Source: a virus
Taxonomy: Duplodnaviria; Caudoviricetes
Direction: 5' to 3' (one strand)
Length of the DNA: 50,383 nt
Virus record (IMG/VR): IMGVR_UViG_3300014501_000006
Coordinates: 1-50,383 of that record
Shown: one piece after another, positions 25,669-35,057 of the stretch
Position numbering within the stretch: the stretch's first letter is position 1
Layout of the letters: every line of letters begins with the position of its first letter
The notes under the pieces: generated by a model
Database searches by the model: none
What the model saw: the letters and a program-made list of their open reading frames with translations, nothing else
Told to the model about the DNA's origin: nothing
Made by a program: the position numbers and the translations under genes

Positions 25669-28380
25669 ATGCCGACCAAGCGCATTTCATTTTCCAACTT
25701 CAATCGCCGCCTCACGCTTTCCGGTGGCCGCGAGCAGACCGGCGAGGCCGCGCTGCGCCGCGCTTCCGGTGTCGCTCCTGAAGCCACCACATCCGTTCTC
25801 TCGCGCTGGGGCTCGACTCATCTTTACGACATTCCCGCGATCCAGCTCTACTACTGGAACGGCGCGCGCTACGCCTACGACGGCGCGGTCCTCTATCGCA
25901 ACGGTGTCTCGATCAAGGCGGGTTTCAATGGCGGCAGGCTGAGTTTCAACTCGGGGCCTCCACAGCCGGGGCTGCCCGACTATCTCTTCATCCTCGGTGG
26001 CGGCGCCACGCCGTTCAAGATTGCGCCCGATGGGGTATCAATCAGCAACTGGGGCATCGTCGAGCCGCCCAACGCGATGCAGGCCAACAACAACGCGCCC
26101 GACCAGATCGTCATCGATTCTTTTCAGGGCAGCGTTGGCAATTGGACACCAGATCCTAACGCGGCGACCGCCGACGACAATTCCGAGTTCATCACCGGCA
26201 CTGGCGCGCTGCGCATCAATCCGAGCGACGGCCCGTGGCACATCATCAACACCACCATCTCGCCGCTCAATCTCGGCAGCTATCCCAATGGCGACATCTC
26301 GCTGCAAACCGACGTAATTCAGTTCTGGCTGTTCTTCAAAGGCGCCTTTAACTCGACGTGGCTGCAACTCGATTTCGACGTAGACGACCAGACCTTCAAG
26401 CACGATTACTACACCTATGCGATAGGGCTGTTATCGGCCAACGCGAGCAACCCTAATGCCTTCGTCCATCACGCCGTCAACGAGACCATCGACTTCCAAC
26501 AGACACAGTGGCAACTGGTCTCGATTCCGAAGAGCGCGTTTTTGCGCCGGGGCCTCAAACTTCAGTTCGATTGGAGCAACGTCAAGGGCGTCCGCTTTTC
26601 CGGCGGCAACTTCACGTCATCAATGAATCTCGACAACCTGGTGCTGACCGGCGGATGCGCGATGGGCGCTGGCCCCACGGTCGGGCAGGGCGGCGTCGAG
26701 TACGACTACTACGTGGTTAATCGCAACCTGACCACCGGCAGTCAGAGCAACCCGAACTCAGCCCCGATTCGAGTGTTCAACGTGCAGGTCAATACGGTGG
26801 CGCTGTCGCAGATACCCTTCTCGACCGATCCGCAAGTGACGGCGCGCGACCTCTACCGCACGCAGGCGCTGATTCTGCCCGGTGGTGGCATCCCCTTCTA
26901 TCTCGATACCATCTACGACAACACGACCACCACTTATACCGACAACACCGCCGACACATCGTTCAGGGAGGCGACGACTCCTTGGCAAATGAGCGTTGCG
27001 GTCCCCCCGAATGCCGTGCCCTACTATATCGACGCTGGCAACGGCTACTATTTCAAGCTCAAGACTGCTGGCATGACCGGCGCGTTGCCTCCGACGTGGA
27101 AGGTGCCGACCTCAAGTTGGGGACCGAACGATTCGTTCGGACTCAATGAGACGCTCGCTCCGATGAAAGGGGCGGGCCGCTTCTTCGAATGCACCACCAA
27201 AGGCATCAGCGGCCTCGTACAGCCGAACTGGGTGGCGGTCGCACCTCTCGGGACCGTCACTGATGGCACGGTAGTCTGGACCGACATCGGCACGATGGAC
27301 GTGACCGACAACACGGCGGTCTGGACTTTCCAAGGCATCAACTCGACGCCAGTCCTCGGCAACGACGAACTGCTCCTCGACAACGACTACCCCAAAGACA
27401 CCTACGGTTGGGCATGGGGACCGGAAGCAGGCTCGATGTTTTGGACTGCCGACTCCGCGATGGGGCAGGAGGGCTACGTCTACGCATCGCCACCTGGACG
27501 CCCTGAGAGCGTGGGGCAGACATACTTGGTGAGCGGCCAGAACGATCCGATGCAGGCGATAGTCGCATGGGACGGTCTGATGTGGGCATTCAGCAACGCT
27601 CGAGCGTTCCGTTCGCGCGGCTCCTACCCCGCCTTCGCGTTCACCGCCGTCAACGATGCGCTCGGCACCCGCACGCCCTTCACTGTCGTCCCGATTCAGA
27701 TGCAAGGCATCGTGTATTGGGCACCAGACGGAATCAGAATGCTCAACTTCGCGGGGTCGCAGCTGATCGGATTCTCCGAACTCGCGCCCATCTTGCGCGG
27801 ACAGCCCGAGGAGAATCTACCGGCGTGGAACGAAGAGAACGGCCCAGTGTGGGCCGAACAAGCACGAAACGAGATTGTTTTTTCCGATGGGTCTGCGCTG
27901 ACTTTAGCGATCACCTACGACGGGTTGCCCCAGGGCGGGATAAGCTGGAGGCTACCTGGCCCTGTCCTGACTGCCCTTTACTACGAGCACCAGACCGGCG
28001 AGTTGCAGGCTAGCTTCGGCGGCAAGATTTACCTCTTTGAAGACCCGACCGTGTTGAGCGATGGCGGTGCTGCGATTCCCTTCGAGGTGCAAAGTCCCGG
28101 CGACTTTCCCGACGTGGGCGCGGAGTTCACCACGCAACGTCTTTACCTGACGCTGAACTGTGCGGCTAATGGAGCGGCGCAAATTCTCACCCCGACTTTA
28201 ATTATCGATGGCACCGAGTACACTTTGCCTCAGATTACGAATACGAAGCGGAGCACCATCGAATTGAGTCCGAAGATCCCCGGCAGGTTTTTCGATGGCA
28301 TCCGCCTGACTGGCGCGCTGACGGGACGAGTCGAGATTTTCAGCATCGCAGCAGACGTAGCGATAGGGAGCCAGCAATGA
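25669..28380 (+). CDS. Tail nozzle/hub protein (P22 gp10 / tubular protein B-like) with inserted domains
   Basis: 903 aa, beta-rich; YVYASPPGRPES, ALGTRTPFTV..GIVYWAPDGIR propeller-like C-terminus; Trp repeats PTW..TVTDGTVVWT; precedes the ejection genes. Confidence 0.65.
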   Translation: MPTKRISFSNFNRRLTLSGGREQTGEAALRRASGVAPEATTSVLSRWGSTHLYDIPAIQLYYWNGARYAYDGAVLYRNGVSIKAGFNGGRLSFNSGPPQPGLPDYLFILGGGATPFKIAPDGVSISNWGIVEPPNAMQANNNAPDQIVIDSFQGSVGNWTPDPNAATADDNSEFITGTGALRINPSDGPWHIINTTISPLNLGSYPNGDISLQTDVIQFWLFFKGAFNSTWLQLDFDVDDQTFKHDYYTYAIGLLSANASNPNAFVHHAVNETIDFQQTQWQLVSIPKSAFLRRGLKLQFDWSNVKGVRFSGGNFTSSMNLDNLVLTGGCAMGAGPTVGQGGVEYDYYVVNRNLTTGSQSNPNSAPIRVFNVQVNTVALSQIPFSTDPQVTARDLYRTQALILPGGGIPFYLDTIYDNTTTTYTDNTADTSFREATTPWQMSVAVPPNAVPYYIDAGNGYYFKLKTAGMTGALPPTWKVPTSSWGPNDSFGLNETLAPMKGAGRFFECTTKGISGLVQPNWVAVAPLGTVTDGTVVWTDIGTMDVTDNTAVWTFQGINSTPVLGNDELLLDNDYPKDTYGWAWGPEAGSMFWTADSAMGQEGYVYASPPGRPESVGQTYLVSGQNDPMQAIVAWDGLMWAFSNARAFRSRGSYPAFAFTAVNDALGTRTPFTVVPIQMQGIVYWAPDGIRMLNFAGSQLIGFSELAPILRGQPEENLPAWNEENGPVWAEQARNEIVFSDGSALTLAITYDGLPQGGISWRLPGPVLTALYYEHQTGELQASFGGKIYLFEDPTVLSDGGAAIPFEVQSPGDFPDVGAEFTTQRLYLTLNCAANGAAQILTPTLIIDGTEYTLPQITNTKRSTIELSPKIPGRFFDGIRLTGALTGRVEIFSIAADVAIGSQQ

Positions 28381-28568
28381 TTTCAGACGAGCGAATAGCA
28401 CTGCTCATCATGTATGCCGACACCCTCGCGACTGCGAACAAGATTGGTGTGGGGCTTGGCTCTGTGAACTATATTCCCATGATTGCTGATCCCGCCGAGG
28501 TCGCGGATGCGCTGCGCGAGATTCAGGCGCACCGTGCGCCGAAAGAAGAGAAGCCGACAATCAACTGA
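28377..28568 (+). CDS. Hypothetical protein
   Basis: Coupled at both ends (ATGA, TGATG). Confidence 0.5.
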   Translation: MISDERIALLIMYADTLATANKIGVGLGSVNYIPMIADPAEVADALREIQAHRAPKEEKPTIN

Positions 28569-29284
28569 TGCGCGCCTACGATTCAAAGCAACACGAATTT
28601 CTTCTGGTCTCGTGGTACACCACGCTACGCGCCGATCCCGACGAACTCAACAAGCTCCTCTTCCCGAATCTCCACAATCTGACGGCGCTGCTCAACTGGG
28701 CTGCGCATCAAGTCAAATTCTTTTTCGATATGGATGCGGCTGGCCTCACTTGTGCCGCGTGGCTCGCTCCGGTGTTGTCGGGCGCGGAGGCGGGCGCGTG
28801 GCTGCGCAAGGACCAGCGCAAGAGTTACAGCTCAGCCATCTTTATGAACCGCTTCTACAAGGTCGCGCTCGAAGCCTTCCCTGTAATCATCGGCATAACT
28901 TGCCAGCCCGAGTTGGAGAAAGTTCACCTGATGCTCGGCTATGAGAAGGTCGGAGAGGTACCCTACCTTTACGGGGGACGCCTCGCAGTGATATACGCAA
29001 TGACGAAGGAGACTCGAAATGGGCGGCGCCGGTACTTCCAAGAGAACAAGCAGCACAAGCAATCCTTACGCAGCCGGACTAGCGGCGATCGGCCACCAGA
29101 TGTACGGGATGGCGAAGCCGACGATGGAGGCGCTGGCATCCCAGACGCAGGAGGGTTTGCAGACGGGGGGAGTGAACGCGCAGATACCAGCCACCAACGC
29201 CGCCGTCGCAAGCGCACGCGAAGCGTACAGCGCCCATCGCCAAGACCTCAAGAATCAGTTGGCGTCATCGGGTCTGAGCGGTAG
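28568..29284 (+). CDS. GNAT-fold acetyltransferase-like protein
   Basis: GAWLRKDQRK..IIGIT..LGYEKVGEVPYLY; position immediately before the pilot gene, as in P22-like genomes. Confidence 0.6.
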   Translation: MRAYDSKQHEFLLVSWYTTLRADPDELNKLLFPNLHNLTALLNWAAHQVKFFFDMDAAGLTCAAWLAPVLSGAEAGAWLRKDQRKSYSSAIFMNRFYKVALEAFPVIIGITCQPELEKVHLMLGYEKVGEVPYLYGGRLAVIYAMTKETRNGRRRYFQENKQHKQSLRSRTSGDRPPDVRDGEADDGGAGIPDAGGFADGGSERADTSHQRRRRKRTRSVQRPSPRPQESVGVIGSER

Positions 29285-29702
29285 CTCGTTCGAGCAGGAA
29301 ATCCTCGGCTCCGACCAAGCCAGCGGCAGTCAGCACATTGCCGCACTCCCGACCGATATCACACAGAACTTTCTCAAAACCGGGATACCCACAGTCTCCG
29401 GCATCGGCAGCGGCGGCGTGAACGCGATCGCTACCGCAGGCGCGCAAACTCCGACCACCCAATCGACCTCGACGCCAAGTTTTCTCGATTTTCTACAGCA
29501 AGGATTGCTCACCGCGAATACGATGGGTACGCCGATGGGTGGCAAGGGCGGAGGCGGCGGCGCATCTGGTGCTAGTGCTGCGGGCTCACTAGGCTCAGGC
29601 AGCAGCGGAGGAGCGGCGGCAGGTTCGGATGCGGCGGGCGCGGGCGCAGCAGGAGCAGGAGCAGGAGGGGCTAGCGATTTGGGCTTGCTGGCATTGGCAT
29701 AA
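29019..29702 (+). CDS. DNA ejection/pilot protein (small)
   Basis: RBS AAGGAG; MGG start, LASSGLSGSS motif, Gly/Ala-rich C-terminus ending GLLALA. Confidence 0.65.
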   Translation: MGGAGTSKRTSSTSNPYAAGLAAIGHQMYGMAKPTMEALASQTQEGLQTGGVNAQIPATNAAVASAREAYSAHRQDLKNQLASSGLSGSSFEQEILGSDQASGSQHIAALPTDITQNFLKTGIPTVSGIGSGGVNAIATAGAQTPTTQSTSTPSFLDFLQQGLLTANTMGTPMGGKGGGGGASGASAAGSLGSGSSGGAAAGSDAAGAGAAGAGAGGASDLGLLALA

Positions 29703-30751
29703 TGGGCGCGCTTCTAGGGTTTGCGCTCGGCACTGGACTCGGCATCGCGGGTAACACCGCGAAGCAGAAGCAGGCCAAGGAACAGCAGCACGACGAAATG
29801 ATGCTGCAAACCTACCAGCAGCACCCCGACCTTGCGACGACGGACTCAGCGCAGCAATTCCTCAAGAAGAAATACGGTGCGGACACTGCTGAGATGTTCG
29901 GAATGCTTGGCAAGCACTATTCGCAACTTAATCAACAGTTCGGTGCCGATCTGCAAAGCGGCGGTGGGACTTCCTCCCCTGCCGCCGCTTCCCCTAGCGG
30001 AACGGCCGCGCCGGCCTCGCAGGGCGATCCGATGCAGCAGCATATGGATCAGGTGAGCAGCGAGATTCAGCGTATGCAGGGGTTGCAGACGAAGTATCAG
30101 AACGATCCGAGCAAGTTGGCGATTATCAAACAGAAGCTAGAATTTCTAACCAAGCAGTCGGAGCAGTTCAGCCAACAGCAGCAGCAGTCGCAGCAGAAGT
30201 CAGAGGACCGCGCGCAACGCGACGAGTTTCATCAGGACAGCGAAAGCGACAAGGCCGCCTCTCGCGAGCAGGCCAAGGCTCTAACCGAAGCTACGCAAGC
30301 GCAGGCGAAAGCCAACGCGGACTTTCAACATCAGTTCGAGACACAGGGTCAGCAACTTAAAAAGATGACCGATGACGAAACCCGTCAAACCCATATCGCG
30401 ACGATGGCGAAAGGCATAGATGGCGAGCGCGATAAGCTGCTTCAGGATTTCGCGAAACTACCTGACGCTGCAAAGCCAGCAGCCGAAGCTCGCGTCAAAG
30501 GTTACAATTCCAGCGCAGCCATGTTCTACCAGAAACACGCTTCCGCTGGTGCGCCGACGCTCCTCAAGTTCACCGCAGGAACGCCGGGTTCGGGGTTGCG
30601 CGGGTATCCCACCGGCCAAGGTGCAGTCGCGCCGACTATCGAGGCGGTGCCGCCGTCCTACGTGTCGTATAAGGGTCAGGCGGGATGGATGGACGGCGAC
30701 AACAACTTCTACCCCGAATCGGACGCACCGACCGACACAACCAGCAAATAA
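29702..30751 (+). CDS. Internal virion/ejection protein
   Basis: Hydrophobic Gly-rich N-terminus; Gln-rich coiled coil; no Cys. Confidence 0.6.
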   Translation: MGALLGFALGTGLGIAGNTAKQKQAKEQQHDEMMLQTYQQHPDLATTDSAQQFLKKKYGADTAEMFGMLGKHYSQLNQQFGADLQSGGGTSSPAAASPSGTAAPASQGDPMQQHMDQVSSEIQRMQGLQTKYQNDPSKLAIIKQKLEFLTKQSEQFSQQQQQSQQKSEDRAQRDEFHQDSESDKAASREQAKALTEATQAQAKANADFQHQFETQGQQLKKMTDDETRQTHIATMAKGIDGERDKLLQDFAKLPDAAKPAAEARVKGYNSSAAMFYQKHASAGAPTLLKFTAGTPGSGLRGYPTGQGAVAPTIEAVPPSYVSYKGQAGWMDGDNNFYPESDAPTDTTSK

Positions 30752-32724
30752 TGGACAGGGCAGTCGTCAAGGTCGATCCGGCAGACGTAACGCCTTTGCG
30801 GTCTGTGACGAAGGTCGATCCGAAGGATGTGACGCCGTTAAATTCCGCCAAATCGGCTGGCACGGTGGCTGACCCTCTCGCCGTTCCGGGCGGTGCTCGC
30901 GAGCCACTCGGCAGCAAAATCAAGCGCTTCGGGCGCGCAGCCTCTCAATACGATCCCTCGAATCCTGCGAATGTCGGGCGCGTTGCCCCGCTCGCGGTAG
31001 GCGTCGGGTTGCCAATCGCGGCAGGCATCGCCACCGATGGTGCGTCCATCCCGATTCAGGCGGCTGTACAAGGTCTTGCGGGAGCGGCGTCTCCCTATGC
31101 GGAAGCAGCGACGAGCAAATTGCTCGGTGGCAATCCGGCGATGCCTTCATGGCGGGACGCGGCGAAATCGGGATTGATTAACGCTGCTTTCACGGCAGGC
31201 GGTGCGTTAATAGCCGACGCGAAAGGTGGGGCTAGTGAAGTCACGCCCGAAATGGAGCGTACCACGCCCACCATCAAAAATCTGAATCAAGCAGCACGCA
31301 ACCGCGATACCTGGAAAGCTCTTGGCCTTTCTGATGAGCAGGCCGACATGGCGGTTAAAGCGCCCGATGCCGAACAATTTTTAGCGCAATCCGTCGAGCA
31401 AGCCGACCTGACCAAAAACACTTATAGCCGCGTCATCAACAGCACCAAACGGGACTTCGAGAATCGCTATACCGATGCCTACACGGTTACAACGCCTCAC
31501 GGCGAAAGCAAAAATCTGTTAGATGCGCCGACCGATCTTGCTCCGGTCTCGCAGACAATGCAGAAGGTGTTGGAGCAGAATCAGGGCAAGCTCTCGCCCG
31601 GTCTCGAATCATGGATCAAGGAGCAGTCGGACGCCATTAGCGGCGGGAAGCTCGATCCGTTAGTCGGCAAGATGTCGTCAGAAGACATAGCCAGCCTGAC
31701 ACCAGCAGAACGGGCGCAAGCAGAGAAGTTTTTCAGCAAATTAAAGTCACCGGATTCTGTTGCCAAGAAGGCTTCCTATCGTGAAGGTGAAGCGCCTGCG
31801 TCCGCAGCGCCGGAGCAGCCGCCCAGCGCGACAGTCCAGCACATTCGTGACTTGCGAACGAAGCTGGCCCGCAAAATACCGGCACAGGCGAACGACTTTG
31901 ACCAACGCGCCGCCGCTCAAATCAAGCAGTCACTGGATAATCTTCACGATCAAACGCTGCTTGCCAACGACGCCAGTTACGAAAACCTCGGACGAATCGC
32001 GGGTGTCGATAAAGACTGGGGCGTGATGAAAGAAACAGAGCGCCTGTTCGACCCCGCACAGAAGGAAAAGCTCGCAGACGGCGTGAATGCCGCGCTCTGG
32101 GGCAAGATGGGAGCCAATCCCGACAACGCGGCCAATCTCATCCGTTACGCCAAAGCTGCGAATGAATTGAATCCCGATCTGATGCCTAAGTTGCGCGAAT
32201 CGTTTCTGAATATGGCGGCTCAAGAGGCACGCACCGGCAACACGCCAATAAATGAGATGCGGGCGCTCCAGACGCTACAGGCGAAGTGGGGAGACAAGGG
32301 CGGAACGCAGGTCGTGCTCAATGAGATGTTTGGTAAGGACTCTCCGCTTTCATCGCCGACCACGCTGGCAAAAGTCCTTGGCGCCCCGCCGATAGACCCA
32401 CAGAAACTCGGATACGTTCAGAGCATGACGCAGCGCGCCGCCAGCTACCCTTACCTGCTCAGGATGGGCGTACTGTACGGTCTGGCTGGCGGCGGTATGA
32501 TGGCGATCACGCGCGACCCCGAGAAAGCGGCCATCGCTATCGCGGGACTGGCGGGAATGCAATTGGGCGGAAAGCTGCTCGCGCGCATGGGCCGTGCGGG
32601 ACAGGAAGCTTACGTGAACTTCCGTCTGAACCCGACCGAGAGCAACTTCAAAGACTTTATGAAAGTGTCGGGAGCGATGATTGGCGCGACCGCTGAGATG
32701 CCGTCATCCAATGAAGCCCGTTGA
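30751..32724 (+). CDS. Large internal virion/ejection protein
   Basis: Ala-rich and helical with hydrophobic segments; N-terminal KVDPxDVTPL tandem repeat. Confidence 0.6.
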   Translation: MDRAVVKVDPADVTPLRSVTKVDPKDVTPLNSAKSAGTVADPLAVPGGAREPLGSKIKRFGRAASQYDPSNPANVGRVAPLAVGVGLPIAAGIATDGASIPIQAAVQGLAGAASPYAEAATSKLLGGNPAMPSWRDAAKSGLINAAFTAGGALIADAKGGASEVTPEMERTTPTIKNLNQAARNRDTWKALGLSDEQADMAVKAPDAEQFLAQSVEQADLTKNTYSRVINSTKRDFENRYTDAYTVTTPHGESKNLLDAPTDLAPVSQTMQKVLEQNQGKLSPGLESWIKEQSDAISGGKLDPLVGKMSSEDIASLTPAERAQAEKFFSKLKSPDSVAKKASYREGEAPASAAPEQPPSATVQHIRDLRTKLARKIPAQANDFDQRAAAQIKQSLDNLHDQTLLANDASYENLGRIAGVDKDWGVMKETERLFDPAQKEKLADGVNAALWGKMGANPDNAANLIRYAKAANELNPDLMPKLRESFLNMAAQEARTGNTPINEMRALQTLQAKWGDKGGTQVVLNEMFGKDSPLSSPTTLAKVLGAPPIDPQKLGYVQSMTQRAASYPYLLRMGVLYGLAGGGMMAITRDPEKAAIAIAGLAGMQLGGKLLARMGRAGQEAYVNFRLNPTESNFKDFMKVSGAMIGATAEMPSSNEAR

Positions 32725-34027
32725 AAAAGTAACCGCCTGCGTCGTAGATTACGGTACTTTCCTCAGCCTCGCTGAAAAGCTGGCCGAAACAGTAAAGACC
32801 TGCTACTACCACTCGCCCTTTGAAGTGGAGTATCAGGACGTTCGGAGTTGCGTGCTAGGTGAGGGCCTCGACCGCGTGAAGCGCCTCGACGACCTGCTCG
32901 ACCACATCGACGAAATCGACTTGTTCGTGTTTCCCGATATCGGCTTCGGTGCACTTCAGCGCCATCTCAAGAGCCTCGGTAAAGCCGTCTGGGGCCACGC
33001 GGGCGCGGACGAACTCGAACTCTACCGCGACCTATTTCTCGACACGCTGAAGGAAGTCGGATTGCCGACCGTCCACTCGGAGAAGATTGTAGGCCTCACG
33101 AAGCTCGCGAACTATCTCAAGAAGAACGACAACAAGTGGATCAAGGTAGATCGCTTTCGCGGCAACATGGAGACGTGGAAGCACGAGAAGTCGTGGGGGC
33201 CGACTGAGCGCACGCTCGATAGCCTCGCGGTGGTATTCGGCGGCGCGAAAGAGCACGTCACCTTTATCGTACAGGATGACATCAAATCCGACTTCGAAGT
33301 CGGGTACGACGGATGGTCTATCGACGGCAAGTTTCCGCCGTCATCGTTTCAGGGCTACGAGAAAAAGAACGAACTCTACCTCGGCTCGGTGCTCTCGGCG
33401 GACGAACTCCCCGAAGAAATCACCGCCGTCAACGATGCGCTCGCGCCGATCCTCGCCAACTACGGCTACCGCAACTGGTGGGCAACCGAGATTCGCGTCA
33501 AAGACGGCATCCCCTATTTCATCGACCCGACGCCGCGAATGCCTGGACAGACCGGCGAGCATCAGCTCGAGAGCATCACCAACTTCGCGGACATCATCTG
33601 GCAGGGCGCGAACGGCATCATCGTCAAGCCGAAGTATGCGTGGAAGTTTGCGAGCGAGGCGACGCTGCATTACGACATGAACACGAAGGATTCGGCGATC
33701 AACGATGAATGGAAATCGCTGGAAATCCCCAAGGCGGCACTGCGCTGGCTGAAGATGTATCACTACTGCAAATTCGATGGACTCTATCATTTCGTCGCTG
33801 AGGGGACCGATGAAGTGGGCGTGGTCATCGGCGGCGGCGACTCAATTCAGGACGCCATCAAAGACCTCGCGAAGCATCTGGAGATGCTGAAGGGACTGCC
33901 AGTCCACGCCGATACCGTAGGCTTCGCCAGCCTGATAGAATCAGTGAAGGAAGCCGAGGAAGCTGGCATTCCGTTTGGGGGTAAAATCCCACAGCCGGAA
34001 ATCGCCATCAGAGAGTTCAAAGAATGA
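32711..34027 (+). CDS. PurD-like ATP-grasp ligase
   Basis: DLFVFPD, AVWG..ELELYR, KWIKVD..G..ET, FIVQDDI, EVGYDG, ATEIRV..YFIDPTPRMP, C-terminal VGVVIGGGDSIQDAI, in the order expected for a GAR-synthetase-type fold. Confidence 0.78.
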   Translation: MKPVEKVTACVVDYGTFLSLAEKLAETVKTCYYHSPFEVEYQDVRSCVLGEGLDRVKRLDDLLDHIDEIDLFVFPDIGFGALQRHLKSLGKAVWGHAGADELELYRDLFLDTLKEVGLPTVHSEKIVGLTKLANYLKKNDNKWIKVDRFRGNMETWKHEKSWGPTERTLDSLAVVFGGAKEHVTFIVQDDIKSDFEVGYDGWSIDGKFPPSSFQGYEKKNELYLGSVLSADELPEEITAVNDALAPILANYGYRNWWATEIRVKDGIPYFIDPTPRMPGQTGEHQLESITNFADIIWQGANGIIVKPKYAWKFASEATLHYDMNTKDSAINDEWKSLEIPKAALRWLKMYHYCKFDGLYHFVAEGTDEVGVVIGGGDSIQDAIKDLAKHLEMLKGLPVHADTVGFASLIESVKEAEEAGIPFGGKIPQPEIAIREFKE

Positions 34028-34136
34028 CGCACGCAACCTGGATCATCATGTTCGGCAACGAAGATCCCGACGACGCGCTCGGGATGTACTTGTGAGCTAA
34101 GCGCGAATAGTGTATCGCTTGCTCAAGAGGTGAATC

Positions 34137-34313
34137 ATGCCGCGTGGCAGCAACAGCTCAATTGAACAGGAACGCATTCGCGCCGGAGAACGCTTCAATA
34201 GCTCGCGGGGCAACGGCAAGACCGACGCCGGGGCCAAGAACTATGAGAAGCCGGGTTTCGGTGGCGGGTCAATGCAGAAAAACCCCAAGAAAATGCCCGC
34301 GCCCAAGTTCTAA
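34137..34313 (+). CDS. Small basic Gly/Lys-rich peptide (58 aa, not in ORF track)
   Basis: RBS GAGGTG; MPRGSNSS..KPGFGGGS..KKMPAPKF; its stop overlaps the next RBS. Confidence 0.7.
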   Translation: MPRGSNSSIEQERIRAGERFNSSRGNGKTDAGAKNYEKPGFGGGSMQKNPKKMPAPKF

Positions 34314-34322
34314 GGAGCTACC

Positions 34323-34670
34323 GTGGCCGCCGGAGTTGACGTAGTTACAAATGACAACATGTGGGTCATTACTTTCAATGGCTCAACGGCGACGCACACC
34401 CTTCCCTTCAAGCTCTGGCCCGCCGCGACCGAACTGAATCAGAACCAGCCCTTCATACCGAGTCGAATGGTTTGGAGCGTCAGCGTTGACGGTGTGGCTG
34501 GCGACACCGTGATTCTGCAATCGTTTCAGAGCCACGATTGGGTGAAGTTCATCGCGACCGGGGCGGACTTCGAGCCGCCGCAGGAATGGAAACGAGGCGG
34601 GAAAGAGCCCGGACCCATCGGCTGCAAGATAACTCAATTCGATAGAGGGGAGCTCATTGTATATCTCTAG
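34323..34670 (+). CDS. Hypothetical virion protein
   Basis: RBS AAGGAG; beta-rich; ends GELIVYL. Confidence 0.65.
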   Translation: MAAGVDVVTNDNMWVITFNGSTATHTLPFKLWPAATELNQNQPFIPSRMVWSVSVDGVAGDTVILQSFQSHDWVKFIATGADFEPPQEWKRGGKEPGPIGCKITQFDRGELIVYL

Positions 34671-34679
34671 CGGTCAATC

Positions 34680-35057
34680 GTGAGTGAAATTAGATGCACA
34701 TTGACCTTGGAGTTGGACGGAGTGGCGTTGCCGGATTTCCCGATGGTCCGCCGCTTCGTCGTTGCGGAAGTCGCGCAGACCTCGCAAGCATTTGTTCCCG
34801 ATAATAATTCCTCTTCGTTCCACGGCATCGCCGCCATCACATCGCCCAACGTCAACGTCGTCTATCTCGACAGCGACCAAGCCCTGAATCTCAACATCAA
34901 CCAGCTCACCGCCCTCGCGCTACAGGCTGGCGGGTTTATTCTGCTGTTTGGAGTTTCGCTTCAGCAGGGAACGCCCTCGGATGATTTGACCGTCAACAAT
35001 CCGGCCCTCACTGGTGGCGTCACCGCCACCGCAGACATCCTAACCACGGGTACTTAA
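34680..35057 (+). CDS. Hypothetical virion protein
   Basis: Beta-rich ORF abutting the portal gene. Confidence 0.65.
   Translation: MSEIRCTLTLELDGVALPDFPMVRRFVVAEVAQTSQAFVPDNNSSSFHGIAAITSPNVNVVYLDSDQALNLNINQLTALALQAGGFILLFGVSLQQGTPSDDLTVNNPALTGGVTATADILTTGT

Noticed and set aside
32711-34027. Calling the gene purD (auxiliary purine metabolism)
   Set aside because: It lacks the N-terminal GxGGREHA-type signature, and no other pur genes are present; only the fold is supported.
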